DNA from: a virus | Virus record (IMG/VR): IMGVR_UViG_3300032282_005553 | Coordinates: 64,001-128,000 of that record | Strand: one strand, 5' to 3' | DNA length: 64,000 nt | Shown: positions 31,538-41,463 of the stretch, in pieces | Layout of the letters: every line of letters begins with the position of its first letter | Numbering within the stretch: the first letter of the stretch is position 1 | The notes under the pieces: generated by a model | Database searches by the model: none | What the model was told of the DNA's origin: nothing | What the model saw: the letters and a program-made list of their open reading frames with translations, nothing else | Made by a program: the position numbers and the translations under genes

Positions 31538-31830
31538 CCATTATTAGGTAACCAATTATTGTTGTCATCTTTTCTTTTGGGGAAAAGAGTACCACCCTTC
31601 TTATGCTGTCCGAATGCTAAAATTGCTCCACAGTCATTGCAACGCAATTCATAATAGTCATTGCCGTCTACATTCCTGACGATATATCGAATATTATTTT
31701 TTCCACAAAGTCCGCATTTTTCTTCTCCAAAAATTTCTTGAATTAAAGCTAATTCTTTAAAAATTTCTTTTTGCCCGGATCCTTCTAATTCAAATTCTAG
31801 CTTACTATTTGGTTTGTATATTAGTTTCAT
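31495..31830 (-). CDS. Hypothetical zinc-ribbon protein
   Basis: CGLCG...CNDCG; AAGGA RBS; tightly packed with neighbours. Confidence 0.65.
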   Translation of the reverse strand: MKLIYKPNSKLEFELEGSGQKEIFKELALIQEIFGEEKCGLCGKNNIRYIVRNVDGNDYYELRCNDCGAILAFGQHKKGGTLFPKRKDDNNNWLPNNGWHKWQKNQDSANT

Positions 31831-31831
31831 A

Positions 31832-32548
31832 TCATTCCTTTCTCTGCCAGTTTGGTTGGTAGGTTAAAATATCTGATGGTATACTAGTGATGTCTTGTTG
31901 ATGTTTTGATAATTCTTTGATTATAAGTACGGCATTATCATGTGAAATTTTATCAACATTTGTTGCATCTATTCCTAGTTGAGACACAAGAGACAAAACA
32001 TTAATATTTAATCTCTTTGCCATCACATCAATAAAATTGATCTGATTACTACTAATATTTTGTTCAGAATTATTATCTGGATGATCAGCAACCTCTTTTG
32101 ATAATTCTTCCGCGGCCACAACTTTACGTAACTTAAGTGCTCGTCTTAATGCTCGTCCTTCTGCTCGTGTTTCTGCTACCGCTACTGGATGATTACGGTA
32201 AATCTTATCACAATTACCCCAATAAACGTCTGCGGCACCGCTCACCGTGCGGAATTTAGATCCATCATCAACACCACCATCATTTATAATATAGGTCAGA
32301 GAATGAACCACAGTGGCCCTACGCTCATTGTCTAGAGCCGGTGCTTGCTCCACAGAGGACTCTGCCCTGACCAGTGTGCAATTGAGGGCAACTTCAAAAA
32401 TACGACGTAACCCATCAGTTGTTGGATTACCGGCTATTTTTTCATCATCGGACAGCAAACCCAAAACATAGTCAGTCCATTCTATATCATGGATGCACGG
32501 AATTTTTTTGGTCAAATCTTCTTCTTTGGACATTTTTTCTTTAGCCAT
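31832..32548 (-). CDS. Putative Rad52/Sak-like single-strand annealing protein
   Basis: GAAD...AVAETRAEGRALRRAL resembles the Rad52-like SSAP helix; C-terminal SSNQINFI helical module. Confidence 0.45.
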   Translation of the reverse strand: MAKEKMSKEEDLTKKIPCIHDIEWTDYVLGLLSDDEKIAGNPTTDGLRRIFEVALNCTLVRAESSVEQAPALDNERRATVVHSLTYIINDGGVDDGSKFRTVSGAADVYWGNCDKIYRNHPVAVAETRAEGRALRRALKLRKVVAAEELSKEVADHPDNNSEQNISSNQINFIDVMAKRLNINVLSLVSQLGIDATNVDKISHDNAVLIIKELSKHQQDITSIPSDILTYQPNWQRKE

Positions 32549-32550
32549 AA

Positions 32551-33342
32551 TTAATCCTCTATCTCTACTGTTTTTCCTTTGGTATTTTTTAGTTCCTCAA
32601 TCGCACCCACAAGTTTGGAGTATACCATACCCGCGCGAGTTTTGGAATAGTCGTGTGTTTGTTTAATCCTAATTAACGAAAGTCCTTTACCAATAATCAG
32701 TCCTGTCTTCTTAGAATCATATTTCTTATTTCTGTTCAGAACATCCTCTCCCCAAACTGGAAGAAAATGAGATGGTCCATCAACTTCGATTGCTACACCA
32801 ATAGTAGGAAGAAACAGGTCGATTTGCAACTTTGTATTTGATAATATCTGTTCTTTATGAAATTCTACTAAATAACCATTACTTAAGAGTTCATTAAGTA
32901 GATACTTTTCTAGTTTTGAACCTAATTTACTACTCTCTCTAACAGCTTTATTTGCAGACTGTATCATATTATCTTTGTGATCTTCATCTAATGACTGCCA
33001 AGCTAATTTACTTTTATTTTTTCTTTGCTTTAGTTCTTTATCACTCAAAGAGTCCCAAGAATTCATAACGGATAGTCCTATCTTGGATTTTGTCTCATCA
33101 GATCTTTTTTTACCCTTGGTAGGATGAGAGTGCCTACCATTCTTTAAGGCATTTGATTGCGCTTCGCTCTTATCTCTAATGGCTATTCCTAGTTTTTTTG
33201 CATCTCGCCTAACCTTATTTGGATACGTATTATATGCAATAGCTATGTCAGCAAAGCTTTTTTTATTATCGATATATTCTTTAGTAAGAATATCTAATTT
33301 TTGTCTATCATTTAAATTTTCATACTTTTGATATGATGTCAT
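32551..33342 (-). CDS. NUMOD3 + DUF559/Vsr-like endonuclease (free-standing homing-endonuclease-like)
   Basis: N-terminal HTH-like segment; KGKKRSDETKSKIG (NUMOD3-like); IDLFLP...AIEVDGPSHF. Confidence 0.7.
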   Translation of the reverse strand: MTSYQKYENLNDRQKLDILTKEYIDNKKSFADIAIAYNTYPNKVRRDAKKLGIAIRDKSEAQSNALKNGRHSHPTKGKKRSDETKSKIGLSVMNSWDSLSDKELKQRKNKSKLAWQSLDEDHKDNMIQSANKAVRESSKLGSKLEKYLLNELLSNGYLVEFHKEQILSNTKLQIDLFLPTIGVAIEVDGPSHFLPVWGEDVLNRNKKYDSKKTGLIIGKGLSLIRIKQTHDYSKTRAGMVYSKLVGAIEELKNTKGKTVEIED

Positions 33343-33784
33343 ATAGTTCTCTACTATTTATGGTTTGCATTTTTGCAACAGGGGGCTTCCAACATATCTC
33401 CAATAAATCGCTGATTTTTTCGGTTTTTGCTATGCTATCTATATTTTCACTATCTAATATTGATTTCCAAAATAAAAATGGTGTTGGTTCAGTTGTATTC
33501 CAATATATTTCATCGACATAAAGAAATTGTTTTTTATTTGCTGGAAAATTTTTTGTTATCATAGCACTCTTGATGTCAAATACTATCAATATTCCTTTAA
33601 AATATTTAGCCTGATTAAGATGAATTATGGGAAATTTTTTATTTGTATCAACTCTATTGTATTGGTTATTAAATAGTATAATATTGTCGTACGGATGCTC
33701 ACTAACCATATCATTAATAGTTTCAATGATTTTGGTAGTTTTGTCAGAATGATCTGCGTTAATAAGATAAAAACCTATATCCAC
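33320..33784 (-). CDS. Stand-alone glycosyltransferase N-terminal-lobe-like protein
   Basis: GTG start; MDIGFYL...LIVFDIKSA...KKQFLYVDEIYW resembles a GT-B N-lobe; 154 aa is too short for a full GT-B. Confidence 0.4.
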   Translation of the reverse strand: MDIGFYLINADHSDKTTKIIETINDMVSEHPYDNIILFNNQYNRVDTNKKFPIIHLNQAKYFKGILIVFDIKSAMITKNFPANKKQFLYVDEIYWNTTEPTPFLFWKSILDSENIDSIAKTEKISDLLEICWKPPVAKMQTINSRELYDIISKV

Positions 33785-33786
33785 AA

Positions 33787-34536
33787 CTATGCTCCTATAA
33801 AAGATAATGCTTGAGTGTTGACAAAGTTTTTAACAGTATACTTGTCTATGTTTTGCAGAGGCGGCGTGTATTTGTGGTTTGTTATGTTTGCTAATAAATC
33901 GCCATCTAATGAGATATTATTTATACCACAAACAGATGATTCTATGTAAAAATTATTGTCTATATCAATAAATTCTGAAAATGTATTGAGAGCAGCACAC
34001 AGATCATTAGTATTTGTAACGCCAATATTTTGTTCATGTTTAAATTGATGATTATTAATTAAACATATTTTGAATTTTGTATTAGGATAAAGAATATTGT
34101 CTAATAATTTATGATTTTTATCCAGATCATTTGATAGCATAACCAGAATTTTATCATTTCTTTGTTGTTTCAAATTACTGTATGTGTTTTCATCATAAAG
34201 GTATTCATACCTTAAAACATTATTTCCATCTAATGATTGAAGTCCTGAAATGACTTTGATACCATTTTTATTAAAATAATCAAATAATTGTGGGTGATCA
34301 ATACTTCCAGCATATATTATTATATTTAATTTATCTTTGAATTGATCTATGAAATCATGAAATTCCTGTGAATATTCTTGCAAAGGCAAGATAAGAGTTT
34401 GCGGTTTTATTTTATGGTATACATCAAATATGCATTCGTGTAATACTGTTGCTATAACATTTGTCTTATCTCCAATATTTTGAAGTATTGGAAGATATAA
34501 TTTTTCATTAAGCATGTGCGCTAATATTGTGCTCAT
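33787..34536 (-). CDS. Divergent glycosyltransferase-like protein
   Basis: YLYDENTY...DLCAALNTFSEFID...IESSVCG resembles a degenerate GT-B C-lobe; located within the GT cluster. Confidence 0.45.
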   Translation of the reverse strand: MSTILAHMLNEKLYLPILQNIGDKTNVIATVLHECIFDVYHKIKPQTLILPLQEYSQEFHDFIDQFKDKLNIIIYAGSIDHPQLFDYFNKNGIKVISGLQSLDGNNVLRYEYLYDENTYSNLKQQRNDKILVMLSNDLDKNHKLLDNILYPNTKFKICLINNHQFKHEQNIGVTNTNDLCAALNTFSEFIDIDNNFYIESSVCGINNISLDGDLLANITNHKYTPPLQNIDKYTVKNFVNTQALSFIGA

Positions 34537-35228
34537 ATTTTTTCTTTTATTTTTTCTGAATCTTTACTATTAATGATTTTAACTACGTAATTTGATTTTA
34601 ATCTTATGGGTTCGTACTTTACTCCCAGTTCGATTGTTTTGTTGATAAGTTCGAATAAGAACATGTTTCTCATTGTTTTATTGTATAGATTCTTATATAT
34701 ATCAACGGTTTTTGTGTCCAAGTATACGATTTCGTTCCAAACGTTATCTGTTAAATTAAAAAACATATGTTCTATATAAGAATCATTGACGCTACAGCCT
34801 ATGTGAAAATTTGTTTTTTTATCTGTATTCTTCTTTTTGACATAAAAAATCTTTGATAAATTAATATTATCAACTATAATTTCTTTTACTATATTATTGA
34901 ATAGTATTCCATTATTAATAATAATGCATCCATCATATTTTGAGCTATCATAATTAGACAATATAAGCTCCATAGCGTATCCTTGATTAGCTATATCGTA
35001 CAGATCATTATTAATAACATTTATATTTTTGTAATCTATTTTTTTCCTTATTCTGTCATTCCCAAATCCAACAATGACAAAAATATCAATATTTTTATCT
35101 ATTATATTTGCAATTTGACAATTAATCAATTCTTTCGATTTTTTAGACTTTAGCAGTCCTTTTGGTCCGAAAGATTTCATCCCTTTTGTTATCTCATAGC
35201 ATAGTATAAAACAAGCTAATTTTTTCAT
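34533..35228 (-). CDS. Sugar/phosphocholine nucleotidyltransferase-like protein (degenerate signature)
   Basis: KGMKSFGPKGLL, IVGF and INNGILF match the NTP_transferase fold, but the LAAGxG and GD motifs are replaced. Confidence 0.65.
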   Translation of the reverse strand: MKKLACFILCYEITKGMKSFGPKGLLKSKKSKELINCQIANIIDKNIDIFVIVGFGNDRIRKKIDYKNINVINNDLYDIANQGYAMELILSNYDSSKYDGCIIINNGILFNNIVKEIIVDNINLSKIFYVKKKNTDKKTNFHIGCSVNDSYIEHMFFNLTDNVWNEIVYLDTKTVDIYKNLYNKTMRNMFLFELINKTIELGVKYEPIRLKSNYVVKIINSKDSEKIKEKI

Positions 35229-35635
35229 ATATTTTTTTGTAATACCATGACTATATATTGATTATCATTATATGATTTGTGAATAGATACATTATTAATT
35301 TGTGATAATATCTCTATCATGTCTGATTCAATAAATAGAGACTTATTTTCTAGTATAATCTTTGACATGAATTGACTATTAACATTTCCTTTAGCTACAT
35401 CCTTACATAATTTAGTAGCATTTAAAAATTTCAAAGTTATGAATCCCAAATTAGCTATCTTTTTTGATATCAAATGAACGATTGCTATTCTATCGGAATA
35501 TTCAAGTTTATCTAGAATTGTGCAAATAATCTCGTCGCATGTCCCATTCGTTATGCCTTTTAGTTCTTCTGTATTGAGATTCAAAAAACTATCAATTCTG
35601 TCTGTATCTGATTGTATTATATTAATTTTTTTCAT
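35225..35635 (-). CDS. Truncated SAM-methyltransferase-like protein
   Basis: NGTCDEIICTILDKL...SKKIANLGFITL resembles the later motifs of class I MTases; no GxG motif I. Confidence 0.4.
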   Translation of the reverse strand: MKKINIIQSDTDRIDSFLNLNTEELKGITNGTCDEIICTILDKLEYSDRIAIVHLISKKIANLGFITLKFLNATKLCKDVAKGNVNSQFMSKIILENKSLFIESDMIEILSQINNVSIHKSYNDNQYIVMVLQKNI

Positions 35636-36555
35636 AGTACAAATGCCTCATTATTAGCCGCGATGATTAATTTAGATATATTATCTTTAAAGGTGTCAAA
35701 TGAATAATTTTCATGAATATATTCTGTAGAAATAGTGACTCTATGAGATAGGGCCTGTTTAGTACTAGAAATAAGATCCTGTACTGATCTAGCAGAGAAT
35801 AGGTTGGGTGTATTGATGTAGTTATTTGATAGCATATCACCCATATAAGTTACAGCACTACAACCACAACTTATTGCACAAAGGATATTGATTATATTAT
35901 GTTCATTAAAGTCGATTACGACTTTGTATCTATTTAACAGCTCTCTTATAGCATTGAGATCGCCGGTTAAGTCTTTTATAAGATTGATTTTTATTCCATT
36001 AGACTCTAAAACACCAGCTAAAGATTCGGCATTTTGTGAGTTTTCAAAATTTAAAATTAGCACATCCTCTGTTCTTTCTTCTGTTGGTCGTGATGAATAT
36101 AGGATATCTGTTGGTATACCATATTTAATGATAACTTTGTTATTGAACATATTCCATGAATCACTTACGTCTTGTGAGAAAAATACCTTTTTTTCTCTTG
36201 ATAGATTATTACTCATCAACAATAGGTCTTCTTTTTTAATTTTACCTGGTCTATAAGAATGAGTAAAAATAAGAGTATTGAGGTGCTGAGAAGAAAAGAA
36301 TTTATTTGATGTGTATCCAATAATATTATTGGTGATCCCCACATTGTAGTTATTAAGTCCAATTGTCGAGTTGTCCAGTAAAACTATATTGTTTTTGACT
36401 GTCTCAAAGAAACCATATTGTTTGTCAAAAAATAGCGTGAATCCGCACTGGGCTAAGATAATATCAAAAAAATTTCTTTGAGGTTCATATAGAACGTTAA
36501 TTTTTTGATTATTGAATTTGTTAATCACATTACCTGTGATAGTACTTAAATACAT
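35632..36555 (-). CDS. Divergent GT-B glycosyltransferase-like protein
   Basis: IIKYGIP, LLNRYKVVID, LCAISCGCSAVT and YSFDTFKDNI mirror the GT4 C-lobe, with the usual Glu absent. Confidence 0.55.
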   Translation of the reverse strand: MYLSTITGNVINKFNNQKINVLYEPQRNFFDIILAQCGFTLFFDKQYGFFETVKNNIVLLDNSTIGLNNYNVGITNNIIGYTSNKFFSSQHLNTLIFTHSYRPGKIKKEDLLLMSNNLSREKKVFFSQDVSDSWNMFNNKVIIKYGIPTDILYSSRPTEERTEDVLILNFENSQNAESLAGVLESNGIKINLIKDLTGDLNAIRELLNRYKVVIDFNEHNIINILCAISCGCSAVTYMGDMLSNNYINTPNLFSARSVQDLISSTKQALSHRVTISTEYIHENYSFDTFKDNISKLIIAANNEAFVL

Positions 36556-37646
36556 AAATTTGAACCTATTGAATCGTATGAAAAATTATTTAAACTACTA
36601 ATACCAGCTTCTTTTTTCTTTAATAACTCTGTACTATTTTTAGTATGCATATCATATACTAATTTCATTTTTTCTACAAGATCATAAATATCTATCTTAT
36701 ACCAGTATTCATCTGCGTTGTATATGTCAAAATCTGTAGATAATGGCCTATTCTGCACTATAACAGGAGTCTTGTGACTCTTTACTAAAAACCCATTAGA
36801 GTCATTGATATAATCTTTCATTCCAGTGTTTTTATTTATGATTGGAGTTTTACCCAGAACTAAAGCCTCAGCTGCTGGTCTACAAAATGCTTCCCCATAT
36901 GATGGAGCTATAAAACAATCACAATAATTATGTAGACCTATAATATCTTTATATGACATATAGTCAGAGATTATAATTTCTTTTTTGTATCTTTTTTTAT
37001 TACCTAATCTCTTTTTTATTTCGCTAATCTCATGTTCTAGTTTTTGTTCATTATTTGTCTTAATAACTAGACACACAGGATCAGCGTAGTCAAAAGCTAA
37101 ATTAAAAGCAACAATTAAATCGGTAATATTTTTTCTATCATTATTGTCACCAATAAAATAAAACTTAAACATATTATCAATTAATGGATTCAACTTTATC
37201 TTATAGTCTTTATTCTGCTGTATAAATTCAGTATCTAGGGGCTGAGACACAACTCTAATCGGCACTTTAACGCCAGACTTTATTAAGCATTGTTCTTCTG
37301 TAGATGACGGCACCCAAACTTCATCCATCCTATTTATATTTGCTATGCAGTCCGAGCTTGAAAGATTGTTTGTTTCTAGTTCAAAGAATCCTATGTTTTT
37401 TTTGTACGATCCATTATAAAATAAGCAATGAGGAAGAGTTTTTTGTATTACTACATCATAATTGTCATAGAGTGAATTTTCATAAGATATAATCTCTTCA
37501 TCATCGAATTTTAAATCTGGAGTCGCTAAATAAACTGGTCGGGTTGTTATATTTTTATGTTTGGTTGCCAATGCTTTTATATAGCTCCTGGTAGCCATTC
37601 CCCAACCGTCTGGCTGTCTGTATGGTCCCACAAATAAAATATTCAT
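36546..37646 (-). CDS. GT4-family glycosyltransferase
   Basis: DEVWVPS, RKNI, CDCFIAPSYGEAFCRPAAEALVLGK (E-x7-E). Confidence 0.9.
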   Translation of the reverse strand: MNILFVGPYRQPDGWGMATRSYIKALATKHKNITTRPVYLATPDLKFDDEEIISYENSLYDNYDVVIQKTLPHCLFYNGSYKKNIGFFELETNNLSSSDCIANINRMDEVWVPSSTEEQCLIKSGVKVPIRVVSQPLDTEFIQQNKDYKIKLNPLIDNMFKFYFIGDNNDRKNITDLIVAFNLAFDYADPVCLVIKTNNEQKLEHEISEIKKRLGNKKRYKKEIIISDYMSYKDIIGLHNYCDCFIAPSYGEAFCRPAAEALVLGKTPIINKNTGMKDYINDSNGFLVKSHKTPVIVQNRPLSTDFDIYNADEYWYKIDIYDLVEKMKLVYDMHTKNSTELLKKKEAGISSLNNFSYDSIGSNLCI

Positions 37647-39310
37647 TTGATACTGTCCTTTATCTGCGCATATTGGATAAAATCTTCATTATTTAATTTA
37701 TCCGGCATATTTTTTGCTGTCATGGAGATGTTATGATTTTTAATAATGGTGTTTAGTGTGTCTATCACCTTTTGTCTTGGATATCCTTCTGTATTAAATC
37801 CATTTACTACGAAACCATACTCAAGATCTTTAATCATATTCAACATTATATTAGATGTACTGATCTGATGATTTGGCAAATGCTTAGAGACTAAGAATGT
37901 AACAAAGTCATATGCGTTGTTAATATTCTCAGGTATGTCTCTTATCTCTTCTATCATGGGTAGACTTTGAGACCATTTGCCCTGCAATCCTGTTAACTTT
38001 ACATTGTCAAAATAATTTTCCCATTTTTTAGCTATATCATCCCAATTATAATGTTGCTCAGTCAACTTTCTAGTCTCAAATCTTTTTTGTTCTTTTAGGA
38101 AATCTGGAGTATTGTAATACTCCTCTAAGATTTGAATAAAATGTTTATTGTCTGGATATACTCTTATTGCTTTAGTTTCGAGTTCTTTAAAGTATTGACC
38201 TACTTTTACAGGAAATCCATTAACTTTATGAACTACGTCATTCATGGCGCTATAATCTACAGCTACTAATGGCACCCCACAAGCAGACGCTTCAACCTGT
38301 GGCATACCAAAACCTTCGCAAATAGCGTATTGAACATAAAGATCAAAGGCATTCATAATGATCGCTAGGTTTTCTGATGACACCCCATTACTGACACTAG
38401 GCATACTACATGCCTTTTGACCACACCTAGGACATGTGCATACTGGATGCTGAAACAACGATGGATAGAAATAATGACAATTTTGACAATGATACGTAAA
38501 GAGGACTCTGTTACCAATCTTGTATTCTTTCAAGAGTTGAGGTATGTCCCAACCAGCATCTGGATAACTAGTATGCAAATAAAGATATAGATTTTTACCT
38601 AATGCATGGTTATTCTCTTTTTCACATTTTTCTAGCAATTTTTTAATCGAATAAAATAGATCTGGTATTAATTTTCTCTTCTGATTTCTCATTACTGATC
38701 CAACAATAAACATATCACTATGTAATCCCATAGCTTTTCTTATATGTTGTCTGTCTTGAGCAGGAGAAAAGGTTTTAAGGTCTACTCCAGGCGATGTAGT
38801 GTCTATATAATTTACTTTATTATTGCTTTGTTTTTTAACCGCATCTCTGCCAAAATCAGAATAGGTAAAAATTGCATCGGTATGTAAAAAAGTATCTATC
38901 CAATCTTCTTGTTGTGGTTCGGAGTCAACTGTTGGCATTAGTACCCAGTGAAAAAATGGTCTTAGAGGGGACATTTGCTGGTATGCACTCATCCAGTAAT
39001 CCCTAATATCAAAAACAATATCCGGTTGAAAATCTAATAGTACTCTTTCAAATCTCCATCTTCCGAACTGATTTTCTGGCGAAGAACTATATTCAGGAAA
39101 TCGTGGATCTTTATCATCTACCGCATTAGCATAGTATTTCCATTTAATACCAGTATCTTTTGGGTCATTTGTTTTGCCATATGAAGCAAATTCTGCTATC
39201 TCATATTTACCGGTATCATATAGTCTTGAAAGGATTTCTTTTGCATATGTGCCAAAACCAGAATTTAAAAAACTAGCTTCGGATGCCATTAATATTTTGA
39301 GCTTTTTCAT
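37643..39310 (-). CDS. GT4-family glycosyltransferase with Zn-ribbon insertion
   Basis: SGFG, RNQKRK, FDLYV...EGFGMPQVEASACGVP; CQNC...CPRC insert. Confidence 0.9.
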   Translation of the reverse strand: MKKLKILMASEASFLNSGFGTYAKEILSRLYDTGKYEIAEFASYGKTNDPKDTGIKWKYYANAVDDKDPRFPEYSSSPENQFGRWRFERVLLDFQPDIVFDIRDYWMSAYQQMSPLRPFFHWVLMPTVDSEPQQEDWIDTFLHTDAIFTYSDFGRDAVKKQSNNKVNYIDTTSPGVDLKTFSPAQDRQHIRKAMGLHSDMFIVGSVMRNQKRKLIPDLFYSIKKLLEKCEKENNHALGKNLYLYLHTSYPDAGWDIPQLLKEYKIGNRVLFTYHCQNCHYFYPSLFQHPVCTCPRCGQKACSMPSVSNGVSSENLAIIMNAFDLYVQYAICEGFGMPQVEASACGVPLVAVDYSAMNDVVHKVNGFPVKVGQYFKELETKAIRVYPDNKHFIQILEEYYNTPDFLKEQKRFETRKLTEQHYNWDDIAKKWENYFDNVKLTGLQGKWSQSLPMIEEIRDIPENINNAYDFVTFLVSKHLPNHQISTSNIMLNMIKDLEYGFVVNGFNTEGYPRQKVIDTLNTIIKNHNISMTAKNMPDKLNNEDFIQYAQIKDSIK

Positions 39311-39334
39311 ATATCCTTTATTGCTTTGTATAGA

Positions 39335-39376
39335 ACAACAAAAGCATGGCTACGAAACCCTCGTAGCCATACTTTG
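39335..39376 (-). terminator. Rho-independent terminator downstream of ssb
   Basis: Perfect 10-bp stem ATGGCTACGA/TCGTAGCCAT (39346-39355 and 39361-39370) with a 5-nt loop, followed on the - strand by GCTTTTGTTGTT. Confidence 0.75.
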
Positions 39377-39395
39377 TATTGTTAATGATCTATAA

Positions 39396-39770
39396 TCAGA
39401 ATGCCACAGTTTCTGCATTATCTGACTTATTTTTCTTTGAAGACAACTTTGTGATCTTCGAAAAATTATTTACTCTGACCTTTAGAGTATTATGCTTAAC
39501 TCCATCTTTTTCCCAAGAATCATTTCTTAGTGATCCTTCCACTAGAACTAAATCACCCTTCTTAAATGAATCAGCAATGATTTCCGCTCCGCTGTCCCAT
39601 GCTTCACAAGGAACAAATGTTGTTACCTTGTCCTTCTCTCCGTTTGCTTTGGTATATTCCCTAGAAACGGCAACAGTAAAATTAACCACTGTTGTTTGCT
39701 TACCGCTGCTGTTCACAACTCTAACTTCTGGATCACGAGCTAAATTACCTCTTAAGATATTAATATTCAT
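39396..39770 (-). CDS. ssb: Single-stranded DNA-binding protein
   Basis: LRGNLARDPEVR, FTVAV, CEAW, KKGDLVLVEGSL; AAGGAG RBS; C-terminus ETVAF. Confidence 0.95.
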   Translation of the reverse strand: MNINILRGNLARDPEVRVVNSSGKQTTVVNFTVAVSREYTKANGEKDKVTTFVPCEAWDSGAEIIADSFKKGDLVLVEGSLRNDSWEKDGVKHNTLKVRVNNFSKITKLSSKKNKSDNAETVAF

Positions 39771-39806
39771 TTATAACTCCTTAGAAAAGAACCAAATTAC
39801 TGACAT

Positions 39807-39835
39807 ATTATAACATCCGACCGTCGGAATGTCAA
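39807..39835 (-). promoter_or_regulatory. Consensus sigma70 promoter for ssb with a palindromic spacer
   Basis: TTGACA-N17-TATAAT on the - strand; spacer contains TCCGAC-G-GTCGGA. Confidence 0.85.
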
Positions 39836-41463
39836 GATTGTGCGATGTACGCTTTTTCTACAACTAGCGAGTCACCGGATTTCGATCTATTGCCTTTAAC
39901 AATGATAACATTATTTTGAAATAGTATATTGCGATAGCTTCTATATTGTTCTGGAAAAAAAACTACAGAATCAAGAACGCCACTATTGTCTGTAAGAGTA
40001 ACAAACGCCATCTCTAATCCTGGATTTTTTCCATTTTTAGTTTTTGTTACACTTATATTATCTACTTCGCCACATAAAATAATATTATCTCTAGTCATAT
40101 TAGTTTTAAATTCTTTACATGTAGTATTTGTCATACTTATATCATACATATCAACTTTGGAACAAGTTATAGCACACCCCAATACCTCCTCTTCTGTATC
40201 AGAAATCCATTCTGGATTATCTTCTAGAGAATATGGAGGTTTTTTATATGCATTGATTAAATTTTGTATAATAGTTAATCTATTCTTGTTAAGTTTACCA
40301 ACAGAAATTAAACCATTTATAGCTTGTAAAAAATTATCATAAAGATATATATTACATAATATAGTTCCAATTTCTTTCTTTGTTAACTCATTTATAAGAT
40401 TGAGTTCAAATAGCATACTGTTTCTGCTCTTTTTTAGATAAGATATCGCCCCGCTTTGGATAAGGGCTTTAGCTCCAATAGAATTAATGTCTGTAAGAAC
40501 TAAAAACGCAAATTGAATCCAGTTCAATTGATCTAATTTAAGATCTTTTGTTTTGACTACTGATAAGAGTTTTTTGTAAACCGATCCACCAAAACCTTTT
40601 ATATCTGTTAGTCCAAAATAAATCTTATCATTTTTTAGTATAAAATATTCGTTCAAATTTTTAATGTCTGGTATTGTAACATCTATATCCATTTCGTTGG
40701 CATTTTGTATCAATTCTTTAATCTCGGCTTTTGGATCTATTTTATCTTTAGCGAACCTTAAGTATGAAGAAAAGAATATTTTTGGAAAGTGAGCTTTTGT
40801 GTAAGCAGATAGATATGCATTGATAGCATAACTTACAGCATGGGATTTATTAAAAGAATATCTTTGGCTTTTTTCAATCCATCCGAATATTTGTTCGGCA
40901 ACATCTTCTGATACAATCTTAAGTTCTTTTGCTCCATCAATAAACTTTAATTTTACTTTTGCCATCTCTTCTGGCTTTTTCTTTCCGATAGCTTTTCTTA
41001 ACATATCAGCTTCTTGCAGATTGAATCCTGCTATAGATTTTGCTATTTCCATAGCTTGTTCCTGATAAATCATTTCGCCGTAAGTTGATTTAAGGATCAG
41101 TTCTAATGAAGGATGAAAATAGTCTATAGATTCTAGTCCATTTTTTTTATCAATATAATGATTTGTCACACTTTTTCCGTCTCTAATAGCTTCTAAACAT
41201 CCAGGTCTTAAAATACTAATAAGAGCAGATAATTCTTCTATATTTGATGGTTTTAATTTTTTGGCAATTGATCTGCCTAGGCGACTTTCAAGTTGAAAAC
41301 AACCTTTTGTATTACCATCAGATATCAAATCCCATGTTCTTTCGCATTCCAAATTTAGTTTTTCTATTTTTGGATCAAATGCTAATCGCATACTGCTATC
41401 ATCTGAGCCAGAATCCAATTTCTCAAAAGAGCATCCGCAAGAATATAAAAATTTTTGTGTCAT
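39832..41463 (-). CDS. dnaE: DNA polymerase III alpha, C-terminal part (fingers, HhH, OB)
   Basis: FQLES, ILRPG, IYQEQAM, ADMLRKAIGKKK, YSFNKSHAVSY, FGLTDIKG, MAFVTLTD. Confidence 0.95.
   Translation of the reverse strand: MTQKFLYSCGCSFEKLDSGSDDSSMRLAFDPKIEKLNLECERTWDLISDGNTKGCFQLESRLGRSIAKKLKPSNIEELSALISILRPGCLEAIRDGKSVTNHYIDKKNGLESIDYFHPSLELILKSTYGEMIYQEQAMEIAKSIAGFNLQEADMLRKAIGKKKPEEMAKVKLKFIDGAKELKIVSEDVAEQIFGWIEKSQRYSFNKSHAVSYAINAYLSAYTKAHFPKIFFSSYLRFAKDKIDPKAEIKELIQNANEMDIDVTIPDIKNLNEYFILKNDKIYFGLTDIKGFGGSVYKKLLSVVKTKDLKLDQLNWIQFAFLVLTDINSIGAKALIQSGAISYLKKSRNSMLFELNLINELTKKEIGTILCNIYLYDNFLQAINGLISVGKLNKNRLTIIQNLINAYKKPPYSLEDNPEWISDTEEEVLGCAITCSKVDMYDISMTNTTCKEFKTNMTRDNIILCGEVDNISVTKTKNGKNPGLEMAFVTLTDNSGVLDSVVFFPEQYRSYRNILFQNNVIIVKGNRSKSGDSLVVEKAYIAQS

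Noticed and set aside
39379-39813. 144-aa + strand ORF antisense to ssb, and the other short antisense or nested ORFs in the track (e.g. 581-1339)
   Set aside because: They are shadows of well-supported genes on the other strand or frame, with no RBS or recognisable motifs.
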